Positions 26,574 to 36,851 of a DNA stretch of 64,000 nt are shown piece after piece; the first letter of the stretch is position 1; every line of letters starts with the position of its first letter. The stretch is from Candidatus Latescibacterota bacterium (lineage in GTDB: Bacteria; Latescibacterota; UBA2968; UBA8231). The stretch lies in NCBI GenBank assembly GCA_965242865.1, contig CBDETK010000013.1, positions 3,136,001-3,200,000 of the forward strand. The letters run 5' to 3'. The translations under genes were made by a program, and so were the position numbers. Below the pieces are notes generated by a model, which did not search any database, was not told where the DNA came from, and saw only the letters and a list, made by a program, of their open reading frames with translations.

Positions 26574-28718
26574 ATGCGCGGCTTGCTTTTTGCGATTGGC
26601 TTGTTGATGGCTCCGGTTGGAGCCTTGGCCCTAACGTGGGATTTCAACGAGGGCACCACGTGGGGCTGGACCGCCCAAGAGGGGGGGTTCTACACCATGG
26701 GGGGAACGTCTGATGCGACCACGGTGTACAGCGAAGTCGAAGACGGCGTCTGGCGTATTGCGCCCGTGCCGGGGGCTCAAAAACCCACCCTTCAGTTGCG
26801 CTCGCCGCCGATTGGCGAAGACTCGGCCCTGTTCGACTGGGTCACCCTCCGGCTCCGCATCATCCACCATACCCCGACCGCGGGAACTCTTCAGATGCAA
26901 TGGTTCAATTCCGAGTCCACAAGACTCCTCGGTCTGAACCAACACGCCGACCCCTACGAAGTGATGCCGTTTGCAACGGGCCGTCCTCAACTCTACCCCA
27001 CTCAATGGGAAGACATCACCATAGATATACGCACCTTAGAAGCCGCCGCGGCAGCCGACCCCGAAGTCGAGCTCATCTGGCAGGACATCCTTTTTGAGTT
27101 TCATTTTGACTTGGATATACACAGCGATGCACAAGGCCCGGCCGATCATCCGTCCTTTGTCGAAGTAGATTGGATTCAACTGACCGGGGTGGAAGAGTTG
27201 CTGCTGGGGGAATTGCCGCCCCGGGCCATCGTCGTGGAGGCGGGCGTACCCGGGGCGTTGTTCGCCGAACCGGCCTTTTTCCCCCTCGTCGAGGGCGCCA
27301 CAGACAAAACAGTGGGCCTTGGAGCATCGGCGGGTACTTTGGGCGATGTGGATGGCGATGGCGATGTGGACCTCGTGGCGGTTTGGGACCGTCCCCAACC
27401 CTTCACCACCGAAATCGACTACGGCTGGGTAATAGCCTCCAACGATGGCTTGGGCGGCTTTGTCCCCACCCAAGAGCAAAAGGCCGCCGACCAAGCCACA
27501 ACCATCAGTCTTCAAGGAAACGACTTTGACGGGGATGGGCTGTTAGACTTGGTCTTTAGTGGAGACCAGATCGTCGAACTGTGGCATAACGAGGGCGAGG
27601 ATGGGTTTGAGATCGCGCTGCGGCTGTCCGGCGTCAGGTTCGTTGGCCTAGGCGATGGTGAGGGCGATGGCGATGTGGACCTGTTGGTTCATGAGCTTGA
27701 CGACGAATCACCCCACGTGGTGTTGTGGCTCAACGATGGCGACGCCGGATTTGTCCGCAGCGATCGGTTCGATCTCGACAGCGAAGAGGAGCTCCTTCCG
27801 TACCCGACCTCCGAGCAAGCGCCGGGCGAGGCCGTTCATCTATTGTGGAACCGCCCCTGCTACCTGCCTCAAGGGCCGTGGCAACGGACCCGGCCGTGGG
27901 CGACCAGCGAGGAGCCGCCGCTGTTTTTCGAGACCGAGGTCAACCCCTGTACTCTACAACTGCTCGCCGATGTGGATGGCGATGGAGAAGTGGATTTACT
28001 CAGCGTCTCTGTGATGAGAGAGTTCTTCTTCGCCGCCACCACCTATCACGGTTTGGACTTGTGGCGGTTGGACGCTTCGGGCGGGGTGTCCCGCCACCCC
28101 CTGCTCGGCTCGCAGGTACAGGTGTCGCATCGCGCCATTGCCCACGACCTCAACGGCGATGGCCTGCTGGACTTGGCCTTGGTTGATGGCAACTTAGCCA
28201 CTGGTCCGGCGTTAGTGGTGCTGACCGGCCAGCGCGATGGGCTGCCCGTCGTCGAAGGCCGCTACCGGCTGCCGGGCACGGGCGGTCAAGTGCTCCCCGG
28301 CGACGTAAACGGCGATGGGGCAACCGATCTGGTGGTGCTGGGGCGGAATATGGCAGGCGGTCCGGGCGGAGCCTTCGTCTTCCTCAACCAGCATACGCCA
28401 GCCACCGCCATCGCCGCCGAGACCACGTCCACCCCCTCAGCCTTTGTCCTCGGGGCCAACTACCCCAACCCGTTCAATCCGGCCACGACCATCCCCTTGG
28501 CACTGCCGGCCGACGCTGGCGAGATGGCCTTAACTATCTACAACGTCTTGGGGCAGCCGGTGCGCCACGTGTGGGCAGGTTCGTTGGCGGCGGGCGAACA
28601 CCGACTGGCTTGGGATGGTCGGGACGCCGAAGGACAGCCGGTCGCCGCGGGCGTCTATTGGTATCGGTTGCAGGTGGGCGATCAGACGCGCACCCGCAAG
28701 ATGATCAAAATCGAATAG
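26574..28718 (+). CDS. CBM-like/FG-GAP/CTD protein, paralog 4
   Basis: Same architecture; start reset to MRGLL. Confidence 0.8.
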   Translation: MRGLLFAIGLLMAPVGALALTWDFNEGTTWGWTAQEGGFYTMGGTSDATTVYSEVEDGVWRIAPVPGAQKPTLQLRSPPIGEDSALFDWVTLRLRIIHHTPTAGTLQMQWFNSESTRLLGLNQHADPYEVMPFATGRPQLYPTQWEDITIDIRTLEAAAAADPEVELIWQDILFEFHFDLDIHSDAQGPADHPSFVEVDWIQLTGVEELLLGELPPRAIVVEAGVPGALFAEPAFFPLVEGATDKTVGLGASAGTLGDVDGDGDVDLVAVWDRPQPFTTEIDYGWVIASNDGLGGFVPTQEQKAADQATTISLQGNDFDGDGLLDLVFSGDQIVELWHNEGEDGFEIALRLSGVRFVGLGDGEGDGDVDLLVHELDDESPHVVLWLNDGDAGFVRSDRFDLDSEEELLPYPTSEQAPGEAVHLLWNRPCYLPQGPWQRTRPWATSEEPPLFFETEVNPCTLQLLADVDGDGEVDLLSVSVMREFFFAATTYHGLDLWRLDASGGVSRHPLLGSQVQVSHRAIAHDLNGDGLLDLALVDGNLATGPALVVLTGQRDGLPVVEGRYRLPGTGGQVLPGDVNGDGATDLVVLGRNMAGGPGGAFVFLNQHTPATAIAAETTSTPSAFVLGANYPNPFNPATTIPLALPADAGEMALTIYNVLGQPVRHVWAGSLAAGEHRLAWDGRDAEGQPVAAGVYWYRLQVGDQTRTRKMIKIE

Positions 28719-28788
28719 GGTGAAAGTACCACAGGAGCAGGCGACCAGAACATCCTAAAACAAATCTATCACGCTCTGGAGGTGCATT

Positions 28789-30924
28789 ATGTACGTCTTA
28801 CTCGTTGCGATTGGATTGGTGGTGGCTCCGCCTAAAGCCTTCGCGTTAACGTGGGATTTTGACGACGGCACGACTTGGGGATGGACTGCCGAAGAGAGCT
28901 TCATAGGCTCTACCACTGGTACCACCACGGTGTTCAACGAAGTCGAAGCCGGCGTCTGGCGCATTGCGCCGGTGCCGAACGGGCTAAGACCAGCCATTCG
29001 CTTGTCTTCGCCGCTGATTGGGGAAGACTCTGACCTATTTGACTGGGTCACCTTACGGCTACGCATCGTCCACGATCGCCCCACCGAGGGAAGCTTCCTG
29101 ATGATGTGGTCCAACGCCGAGTACAGACGCCTCAAGAAGGAAGGATCCCGCGAATCAATCGGGTTGGGGTTTTTTATGGGCGATTCTCACATTTATTCCA
29201 CCGAATGGCAAAACATCACCGTAGATATACGGGCCTTGGAAGCCGGTGCGGAAGCGGACCCAGAAGCAGAGATTACTTGGCAAGACACCCTCTTCCACTT
29301 CCACTTCGACCTAAGCTTATTGTCTTCAATCGCCTGGGACGAAAACAGCTTAAACAACTTAAAACCGGAGGATCGTCCGGCTTTTGTCGAAGTCGATTGG
29401 ATTCAACTGACGGGGGCCGAAGAGCTGCTACTGGGGGAACTACAGCCCCGGGCGAACACCGTGGAGGCCGGGTTGCCCGGGACGTTGTTCGCAAAACCGC
29501 GGTTTTCGGTGCTGGGTCGAGAGATCGGAGGCCCCAACGTGTATGGTACTTTGGGCGATGGCGATGGCGATGGCGATGCCGATCTGGTCGTGGGCTGGTT
29601 AATGCGAAACGCGGGCTGGACTATAGCGACCAGCGATGGCTTGGGGGGCTTGGTTCCCACCCAAGAGGTCCGCCTCCCAAAGGCGATTGTTCCGGTTATC
29701 GTGGGGGGCGATTTCAACGGCGATGGGCTGCTCGATCTGGCCCTTGATACCGGTCGAACCATCGAATTGTGGCTCAACCGGGGCGAGAATGAATTTGAGA
29801 CCATCCTACAGCTATCCGGCGGCTATCTCATCGGTCTAGCCGATGGCGACGGCGATGGCGATGGGGACCTGTTGGTGGTAGAGGACCTCGACGACCGCTG
29901 GTCTAACGTGACTATGTGGATCAATGATGGCGCGGCCGGGTTTGCCCACAGCGACCAGTTCGTCCTCGACACCGAAGAAGAGCTCGGGGTTTCCCTGCTG
30001 GCAGGGCAACCGGCGGGCGAGGCCGTGCGCCTGTTGTGGAGCCGACCCTGCTGGAAGCCGGTGGAGCGGTGGCGCCTGACCCAGCCATGGGCGGCCAGCC
30101 AGCCGCCACCGCTGTTTTTTGAGACCGGGCAGACCAATCCCTGCGACATGTACCTGCTGACCGATCTGGATGAGGATGGAGCGGTGGAGTTGATCGGGAC
30201 GCCCGAACGGAATCTGTACTTAGGCTTTTCTGTGGGCAACACCTACCACGGTTTGGCTGTGTGGCGGGTGGACGCCGCGGGCGGGGTGGAACGCCACACC
30301 CTGCTCGGTCCGCAGGTGATGGTGCCGGATGAAGAGGGGGGGGTTATTGCCCGCGACCTGACTGGCGATGGCCTGTTGGACTTGGCTGTGATCGACATCA
30401 ACATAGCGACGGGTCCGGCACTGATCGTCTTGGTTGGCCAGCGCGATGGCCTGCCCATCGTCGAAGGGCGCTATCCCCTGCCGGGCATCGGCCACAAGGT
30501 ACTAGCGGGCGATGTCAACGGCGATGGGACGACCGATCTGGTCGTGCTGGGACGGAGTCAGCGCGGCGAGGGCGGAGCCTCCGTCTTCCTCAACCAAGGC
30601 GTTCCCGCCACCGCCATCGCCGCCGAGACAACGACCACCCCCTCAGCCTTTGTCCTTGGTGCCAACTATCCCAACCCGTTCAACCCGGCCACGACTATTC
30701 CCGTGTCGGTGTCGGCGGGTGCGGGCGAGGTAGATTTAACCATCTACAATGTCTTGGGGCAGCCGGTGCGCCGCGTGTGGGCGGGTTCGTTGGCGGCGGG
30801 CGCCCACCGGCTGGCTTGGGATGGCCGGGACGCGCAAGGACAGCCGGTCGCCGCGGGCGTCTATTGGTATCGGTTGCAGGTGGACGACCAGAGGCACACC
30901 CGCAAAATGGTCAAACTTGAATAG
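28789..30924 (+). CDS. CBM-like/FG-GAP/CTD protein, paralog 5 (subtype B)
   Basis: Same architecture with the RSQRGEGGASV / IPVSVSAGAG subtype tail. Confidence 0.8.
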   Translation: MYVLLVAIGLVVAPPKAFALTWDFDDGTTWGWTAEESFIGSTTGTTTVFNEVEAGVWRIAPVPNGLRPAIRLSSPLIGEDSDLFDWVTLRLRIVHDRPTEGSFLMMWSNAEYRRLKKEGSRESIGLGFFMGDSHIYSTEWQNITVDIRALEAGAEADPEAEITWQDTLFHFHFDLSLLSSIAWDENSLNNLKPEDRPAFVEVDWIQLTGAEELLLGELQPRANTVEAGLPGTLFAKPRFSVLGREIGGPNVYGTLGDGDGDGDADLVVGWLMRNAGWTIATSDGLGGLVPTQEVRLPKAIVPVIVGGDFNGDGLLDLALDTGRTIELWLNRGENEFETILQLSGGYLIGLADGDGDGDGDLLVVEDLDDRWSNVTMWINDGAAGFAHSDQFVLDTEEELGVSLLAGQPAGEAVRLLWSRPCWKPVERWRLTQPWAASQPPPLFFETGQTNPCDMYLLTDLDEDGAVELIGTPERNLYLGFSVGNTYHGLAVWRVDAAGGVERHTLLGPQVMVPDEEGGVIARDLTGDGLLDLAVIDINIATGPALIVLVGQRDGLPIVEGRYPLPGIGHKVLAGDVNGDGTTDLVVLGRSQRGEGGASVFLNQGVPATAIAAETTTTPSAFVLGANYPNPFNPATTIPVSVSAGAGEVDLTIYNVLGQPVRRVWAGSLAAGAHRLAWDGRDAQGQPVAAGVYWYRLQVDDQRHTRKMVKLE

Positions 30925-30933
30925 GGAGCGGAC

Positions 30934-31020
30934 GTGCTGGAGACGTTGCGCCAATACATAGCGGCTGACTGGCAGCGTTCCATGGACTGGTTAGGCCCTG
31001 TCGAGAAGCGAGGGACATAA
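30934..31020 (+). pseudogene. 28-codon relic of the glycosyltransferase-transglutaminase 5' end (copy 1; also 52154-52240 and 56553-56639)
   Basis: VLETLRQYIAADWQ versus MLDKLRQHIATGLQ at 32573, in the same position after a CTD stop. Confidence 0.55.
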
Positions 31021-31024
31021 GACG

Positions 31025-32356
31025 ATGAGACGACCGTGGAAAGCACCGCTCCGCAAAAACAGAACCCTGCAAAGCTGCTTGGCGGTGTCGCTGGCCTTGC
31101 ATCTGCTGGTGATCTTCGGCATCACGCACCGCGAACAGGTTGCTCAGTTTCCTGTCCTACAGCCGATCATGGTGGAGTTTATCAAACGCCCGCCGCCGCA
31201 GCGCACCCTTACCCGCCGCCAACGGCCCCGCCAACGGCCCTTAGTGCGCCGCCCCGCCCTGCAAGCCGCCCCGGTCGTTGCGGTGCGCCCGGCTCCCACG
31301 GCGACACGGCCCCTGCCGATGTTCAAGCCATCGGCACTTAGGCTGCCGATGGCAGCATTGCCCGATCGACTGGTGCTACCCGTGCCGGACTTCCCCGCTC
31401 GGCACATTGGTCCGCAAATGCAGGCTGGGGCATTGGAAGGAACGCGACAGGGGACCGACGAGATTGACTTGGCCTTAGAACTGATGGATGTGCAGGCCAT
31501 GGACACCGGCCAGCACCGGGCGATGGTGGTCGTCGATCCAAAAGACCGGCGTCAACTCAAGGGATTCCTCTATATGTCCAATGTATATAGCTCCTCCATT
31601 GAACGGGCTGAGCGAGAAACATCACGCCGACTTTTGCAGACGCGCCAAATGGTGGAAAACCGGATGCTGCAAGGGTTGGCCGACAAAATGGTCGCCAGTA
31701 CGCAGGTTCACGCCGAAGTGCTCGACGCGGTGGCACTAGACGACCCCCAGCTATTGCAGGTGCCCTTCGTCCTCCTGACGGCGAGCGATCATTTCGAGTT
31801 TACCGAGGCGGAGACAGCCAATCTCGGAGCGTACTTGACTTCGGGCGGCTTTCTCTTTGCGGAGATTGTGCGCGAATTGGGGTACCACTACAGCGACGAC
31901 GAATTGGACATTCCCGCGGTGCGATCCCTCATTCGCGCCAGCTTGCAGGCGGCGGGTTATCAAGAGTGGAAGGACTGGCAATTTAGACGCCTAGAGCTAA
32001 CCCATCCGATCTATCATTGCTTCTACGATGTGGAGAGTCTCCCCCGCGGGATGCGCGATATGCACTATGCAAACTATGCAACAGGAGCGGGAATGAGAAC
32101 GCCGCCAACTCCGGACTATTTGGAGGGCATTGTCGTCGGGGATCAGTTGGTGGGCGTGTATTCGATGCGTGGCTACGCCGATTTCTGGGCGGGAATCGCC
32201 GAGCAGGAAAAGGAAGTATTTGCTACGCTCAGTAATATTAGTCCGTTTCTGGCCAGTGCCGAGGAGCCGATGGTGTATAACTTGGGCGTCAATTTCTTGG
32301 TGTATGCGCTGACACGCGAGGGGTCACTGACCCAACAATTAGTCGTTGCGGACTGA
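31025..32356 (+). CDS. DUF4159 domain protein with TonB-like N-terminal anchor, copy 1
   Basis: TM with SLALH, Pro/Arg-rich linker, then ANLGAYLTSGGFLF, HPIYHCFYD, LEGI, LGVNFLVYALT. Confidence 0.7.
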   Translation: MRRPWKAPLRKNRTLQSCLAVSLALHLLVIFGITHREQVAQFPVLQPIMVEFIKRPPPQRTLTRRQRPRQRPLVRRPALQAAPVVAVRPAPTATRPLPMFKPSALRLPMAALPDRLVLPVPDFPARHIGPQMQAGALEGTRQGTDEIDLALELMDVQAMDTGQHRAMVVVDPKDRRQLKGFLYMSNVYSSSIERAERETSRRLLQTRQMVENRMLQGLADKMVASTQVHAEVLDAVALDDPQLLQVPFVLLTASDHFEFTEAETANLGAYLTSGGFLFAEIVRELGYHYSDDELDIPAVRSLIRASLQAAGYQEWKDWQFRRLELTHPIYHCFYDVESLPRGMRDMHYANYATGAGMRTPPTPDYLEGIVVGDQLVGVYSMRGYADFWAGIAEQEKEVFATLSNISPFLASAEEPMVYNLGVNFLVYALTREGSLTQQLVVAD

Positions 32357-32395
32357 GGGCTATCAGAACAAACTGTGTGGATCCTTTTTCTCAAC

Positions 32396-32563
32396 GGGCA
32401 GCCGGTGCGCCGAGTGTGGGCGGGTTCGTTGGCAGCGGGCGAACACCGGCTGGCTTGGGATGGCCGGGACGCGCAGGGCCAACCCGTCGCCGCGGGCGTC
32501 TATGTGTATCGGTTGCAGGTGGGCGACCAGACGCGCATCCGCAAGATGGTCAAAATCGAATAG
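32396..32563 (+). pseudogene. Orphan half of a FlgD-Ig/T9SS-like CTD (remnant of a deleted peptide-CTD gene)
   Basis: GQPVRRVWAGSLAAGEHRLAWDGRD...KMVKIE joined directly to the post-DUF4159 spacer that precedes peptide-CTD genes elsewhere. Confidence 0.75.
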
Positions 32564-32572
32564 GGTACGGAC

Positions 32573-35065
32573 ATGCTGGATAAATTGCGCCAACATATAG
32601 CGACTGGCTTACAGAATCTGAGCGTCCGGCTGCAACGGGCCGGCACGATCAAGGGGCTGCCGCGCCACGAGTGCCCCGTCTTGATCTTTTTCCACGGCTA
32701 CAGCTTGGCCCACACCATCCGGCCACTGGTCGTAGGACGAGCACTGCGAGCGTGCGGCTACCCCGTTGAGTTCGCGGGAGTGGGGCCTCACGCCGCTCGG
32801 ATCGCCGCCGAAGGGTTTCAAGTGCATGAGGTAGAAACCATGCCGCAAAGCCGCATGGACGAGTACGTAGCCCGCAGCGACTACGCCTACTACAACGCAG
32901 AGTGGATAGACCGCTGCGTACAAGCCGAACGCACCCTCCTCCGGCGGCTCTGCCCCGCCCTCGCGCTGGCCGACCTGCGGCCCACCTTGCCGCTTACCGC
33001 CTCTCTTGAAGGGGTGGATATAGCCCTGATAGAGGCAGCCTACAACCAACCGGACTACCCGTTTCCCATTCGCCTACCCACGTCCTTTTCCTTGGGCACC
33101 GAGCCATTCGACGAATACGCTCGCAACCACATCTCGACCTTCAAGCCACACCACACCCTCTACTTGGTGGCCGATGTGCCCCAGTTCCACCCACCGGGTG
33201 AACAGACCCCATCCCATTATTGCTATGTGGGGCCATTGATCGAATTCCCACCGCCCCGCCCTATCGCGGAACTGAGCGATTGGGACGATTCGTTGCCGCT
33301 GGTCTATTTCAACTGCGGCAGCACTGGGGGCCATCCCGGCTTTCTCGACGAGGTGCTGTGCCGCATGGCCCATAAACCCTACCGCGTCTTGGTGACCACC
33401 GCGGGCCGTTGGGCTGGACAGGCAGCGGCCCCCAATATCCGCGTCGCCGACTTCGTACCCGCAGCTTGGGTGTTGGCGCGGGCGGCCCTCTTCGTGGGTG
33501 TGGGCGGCATAGGCTCCATCTACCATGCCTTGCGCCAAGGCGTACCCGTGCTCGGCGCGCCCGAGCACTTGGACCAAGAGTACCACCTCAACCGAGTGCG
33601 CGACCTCGGCTTGGGGTCCAAGCTCAACTGGGACGAGTTTCTCCGGGTGAACCCCCTGTTGGAGGCCATCGACGATCTCTTGGCTCGTCGCGGCGAATTT
33701 GCCTCGCGTTGCCAAGCCTTTGCCGCCCACGTGGGGCAATGGGACGGAGGCGAGGCCGCAGCCGATGCAGTAGAAGCCTTTTTTGCGGACCAGCGTTCCG
33801 CCCACTCGATCGAGGCGGCCTACCAAATGCCCGAGCCCGAGTTTATCCACTACCTCAACCTGAGCACCCCGGCCAACCTCGGCGTCGCCGAGCTCCGCAC
33901 CTTGCTCCACCGCAACCTGAGTCGCGGTTTGCCGCATGTCCAACAGGGCGGTCAGATCGCCTTTGACCGGGCCGATTCTTGGAACTGGCTCTACGATCAC
34001 GAGCCTGCGTTCTTTGAAAGCGATTACCGCGCCCTCGAAGAGAAACGCCGCGATTTTTTCTCTCCTGCAAATGGCCACGTCGCGCAGCACCGAAATCGTC
34101 AACGCTACCGCCTCACCTATACCTATCGGCTCTACCCCGCGACCTTGCCGCCCGATGTAAGCACCCGGCTCTTTCTGCCCTATCCCATCCCTAGTCCTCA
34201 TCAAGAGGCTATTGAGTTGTGCGCCTGTGCGCCGGACGATCTGCGAACTTGCTTTGCGCCGCAGGCCGGTTTTTTCTACGGCTATCCCGTCCGGGTAAAG
34301 GAGGCCGCTGCAGCCGCGGTGGATTTTTCCTACACCTGTGAGTTGACCGTGCGGGGGCGCAACGGCGCAACGGCTCCGCTGTCGGCCAGCGAATCCCGCC
34401 GCTACAGCGCAATCGAGCCAACGTTGGCGCAAGAAGCGGTCGTCCAAAATTTCTTTGCCGCACTGGATTTGGACGAGGTGGAAGACCCGTTGGAAAAGGC
34501 GCGGCGCATCTACGACCGCTTGGCCACGGTCAAGCGCTTCAAAAAAACCAAAGAGCGATCGCAGGACTTGGCCTCTTGCATCCACGTGGTGTTGAACGAC
34601 AGCGGCGGCCATTGCATCACCCTGTCCAATGCCTTTATCGCCCTTTGTCGGTTACAAGGGGTCGCGGCGCGGGCGGTCACCGGCGCTCTAGCCGGCTACC
34701 CCGCTGGCGCGGGTCGTTTTGAGCTGGCGGCCTATAACGAAATTCTCTTTGGGCACACGTGGGCGGAGGTTTTCGCGCCGGGACGAGGTTGGGTGCCAGT
34801 GGAATTTCACGGTATTGTCATTGGCCCGCAGTCGGCCACTGAGGACAACGTCGCCGACGAGGCCCTGCGCCGTCATATCGCCGAAGTCGGCGGTCGCTAC
34901 GTCGATTTTTACTTTGGCCAGTTGGATTGCCACCGCGTGGTGTGTTCCAATTCAGTCAAGACCGTGCCGCAACTGTTGGCTTGGCGCGAGACCGCGTCCG
35001 GGCCGCAATCCCACGTGCCGGAGGGCGTACAATACGAGTGCCGGCTCGTCTGGGAGTGCATTTGA
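32573..35065 (+). CDS. Fusion of GT-B (GT1/MGT-like) glycosyltransferase and transglutaminase-like domain
   Basis: GYSLAHTIRP and DFVP..WVL..AALFVGVGGIGSIYHAL..GVPVLGAP..LDQ. C-terminal GGHCITLSNAFIALCR..GVAAR, GHTWAEVF, GWVPVE. Confidence 0.75.
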   Translation: MLDKLRQHIATGLQNLSVRLQRAGTIKGLPRHECPVLIFFHGYSLAHTIRPLVVGRALRACGYPVEFAGVGPHAARIAAEGFQVHEVETMPQSRMDEYVARSDYAYYNAEWIDRCVQAERTLLRRLCPALALADLRPTLPLTASLEGVDIALIEAAYNQPDYPFPIRLPTSFSLGTEPFDEYARNHISTFKPHHTLYLVADVPQFHPPGEQTPSHYCYVGPLIEFPPPRPIAELSDWDDSLPLVYFNCGSTGGHPGFLDEVLCRMAHKPYRVLVTTAGRWAGQAAAPNIRVADFVPAAWVLARAALFVGVGGIGSIYHALRQGVPVLGAPEHLDQEYHLNRVRDLGLGSKLNWDEFLRVNPLLEAIDDLLARRGEFASRCQAFAAHVGQWDGGEAAADAVEAFFADQRSAHSIEAAYQMPEPEFIHYLNLSTPANLGVAELRTLLHRNLSRGLPHVQQGGQIAFDRADSWNWLYDHEPAFFESDYRALEEKRRDFFSPANGHVAQHRNRQRYRLTYTYRLYPATLPPDVSTRLFLPYPIPSPHQEAIELCACAPDDLRTCFAPQAGFFYGYPVRVKEAAAAAVDFSYTCELTVRGRNGATAPLSASESRRYSAIEPTLAQEAVVQNFFAALDLDEVEDPLEKARRIYDRLATVKRFKKTKERSQDLASCIHVVLNDSGGHCITLSNAFIALCRLQGVAARAVTGALAGYPAGAGRFELAAYNEILFGHTWAEVFAPGRGWVPVEFHGIVIGPQSATEDNVADEALRRHIAEVGGRYVDFYFGQLDCHRVVCSNSVKTVPQLLAWRETASGPQSHVPEGVQYECRLVWECI

Positions 35066-35066
35066 G

Positions 35067-36131
35067 ATGGATATTTCCGTGGTCATTGCCACGCATAACC
35101 AGCAGGAACGGCTGCGGCTGGTATTGGCCGGATTGCGCGGCCAGACTGCGCCGGCTACGCGCTTTGAAGTGGTGGTGGTAGAAGATGGTTGTAGCGACAA
35201 AACGGCCGAGATGCTCGACGAAGTGGATCGTCAGATGGACTTAAAAATTGTTCGCCTGCGGCCCAACGAGGGACGTTGTATGGCGCGCAACCGGGGCGTA
35301 GAGGCCGCTGCCGGGGAATTTGTCGCCTTCTTGGACGGGGACGCCCTGCCGCATCCACAATGGCTCCAACGCCATGTCGAAGCACTAGAACAGGGCGGGC
35401 GGGAGTCTCTGTTGTGCGGTGCCGAATACAGTCTGCCCGATTTGGAGTACCTGCAAGACCCCCAACGGGGAACGCCGATGGAGGGCAAGACCCCGAGCGT
35501 AGTGCGCGAGTACCTCCGCGCCCATCAACAGGAGTTGATCCTGACCGAGGATATGGTCCTCAGAGCCTTTGACCGCGTCGAAGCGCGCGCCGTGCTCGGG
35601 GGGTATCCCTTTCCCGAACTCGAGATCATGCAGGAGCAGATCGCCGCGCTCTTTGTCCAGCATCCCGATTCCCCTATTGGTTGGATGGGCTTTTTCCCGC
35701 ACAACGGCGCGGTCGCTAAGGAGGCTTTTTTAGAGGTGGGTGGTTTTGATCCCGACATGGCCTTTAGCGAAGGGTGGGACTTGGCTTATCGGCTACAGCA
35801 GCGTGGGTGTCGGCCCCACTTTGTCCCCGAGGCCAAGACCTATCACCTCTATCACTACCACGACTTTTCTGACCCGCTCAAGGCGCACGAAGAAACGCTC
35901 GCCCCCCAACGGGCCATGCAGTACATGGAGCGGAAATACGGCGATCCCAAGTTGCTGCTATTCCACTTCTGGTACGCCAGTATCTGGCCGGATCCCCTCC
36001 TGCCCGAAGAGACGTTGCTAAGAGACTTGGTAGAATTTCACCATGCGTACGCGCACTGGCCCACTAGCCGACTGCGCGATCTGCGGATATTGTTAGACCA
36101 TCACCCGACATGGGCAAAACCGGCCGGCTAA
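35067..36131 (+). CDS. GT2 family glycosyltransferase
   Basis: ISVVIATHN, VVVVEDGCSD, ARNRG, VAFLDGD (DxD), VGGFD...EGWDLAYRL. Start reset to MDISVV. Confidence 0.85.
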   Translation: MDISVVIATHNQQERLRLVLAGLRGQTAPATRFEVVVVEDGCSDKTAEMLDEVDRQMDLKIVRLRPNEGRCMARNRGVEAAAGEFVAFLDGDALPHPQWLQRHVEALEQGGRESLLCGAEYSLPDLEYLQDPQRGTPMEGKTPSVVREYLRAHQQELILTEDMVLRAFDRVEARAVLGGYPFPELEIMQEQIAALFVQHPDSPIGWMGFFPHNGAVAKEAFLEVGGFDPDMAFSEGWDLAYRLQQRGCRPHFVPEAKTYHLYHYHDFSDPLKAHEETLAPQRAMQYMERKYGDPKLLLFHFWYASIWPDPLLPEETLLRDLVEFHHAYAHWPTSRLRDLRILLDHHPTWAKPAG

Positions 36132-36166
36132 CTTGAACGGGCGGAAGCCGCCTGTTTGGCCAAACC

Positions 36167-36233
36167 GTAAAAAGTCGTGCAAAACCTGTGTAAAAGTCGT
36201 GCAATCCGAACAACTTTTGCACGACTTTTGCAC
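36167..36233. promoter_or_regulatory. Putative enhancer (UAS), copy 2
   Basis: Same phased GTGCAAAA / TTTTGCAC array as 16365-16441. Confidence 0.7.
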
Positions 36234-36365
36234 GGAAAATCGCCGATCAACTGGCGACGATGCCTTACGCCGGCCTCATAGAAAACTATTTTTAACTGTC
36301 CAAATCCTTGTTTTTCAATCCTTTAGGTAATCCTAAAGGATTTTTTTGTCCCGGACCGGTCTCGT

Positions 36366-36381
36366 TGGCACGAAACTTGCA
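36366..36381 (+). promoter_or_regulatory. Sigma54 -24/-12 promoter, copy 2
   Basis: TGGCACgaaacTTGCA. Confidence 0.85.
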
Positions 36382-36510
36382 ATAGTCATTACAAGACAAG
36401 TGAAGCTCATCTACCAGAAAGGAGGTGCATCCCGTGCTCGTAGGTTTTGCTCGTCAGCAACCGCACTGGTTTGCTGATCCTTTTTCCTATCACTCAAGGA
36501 GAATTGAGTT

Positions 36511-36846
36511 ATGAACTTTTTGACTTTGATCTTGCAGTCGGCGCTGATGGCTCCGCTGGTGGAGTTCGCCACGTCGACGAGCGGCCACGTTGAGCCGCGC
36601 GAGGGCTTGGCACTGGGCTGGCTGGGCAGCGTGGTGGCGGGGCTGGCGGTGGTATTCAGCACGGCCGAACGGACGCCGGCCGATTCCTGCTACGGAATAG
36701 CCGAAGACTCCCATGGATCGGTTTGTCTTCCCTACGCATGTGCGTTTGATCATGAAGGGCGGCCTAGGGGGTGGTACCAAGCAAACTACTATCACTCGTC
36801 GGTTACAGGCTGTCAACAAGACAGAGGATGGTCCTGCAATTGCTGA
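36511..36846 (+). CDS. Cys-rich precursor peptide 2 (54-aa core with 6 Cys)
   Basis: Leader as in precursor 1; core DSCYGIAEDSHGSVC...WSCNC. Confidence 0.8.
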   Translation: MNFLTLILQSALMAPLVEFATSTSGHVEPREGLALGWLGSVVAGLAVVFSTAERTPADSCYGIAEDSHGSVCLPYACAFDHEGRPRGWYQANYYHSSVTGCQQDRGWSCNC

Positions 36847-36851
36847 GAGTA

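Noticed and set aside
33074-34612. Long minus-strand ORFs (e.g. 33074-34612, 6416-7603, 1292-2242, 12164-13069)
   Set aside because: They are antisense shadows of well-supported + strand genes in GC-rich DNA and show no recognisable motifs.
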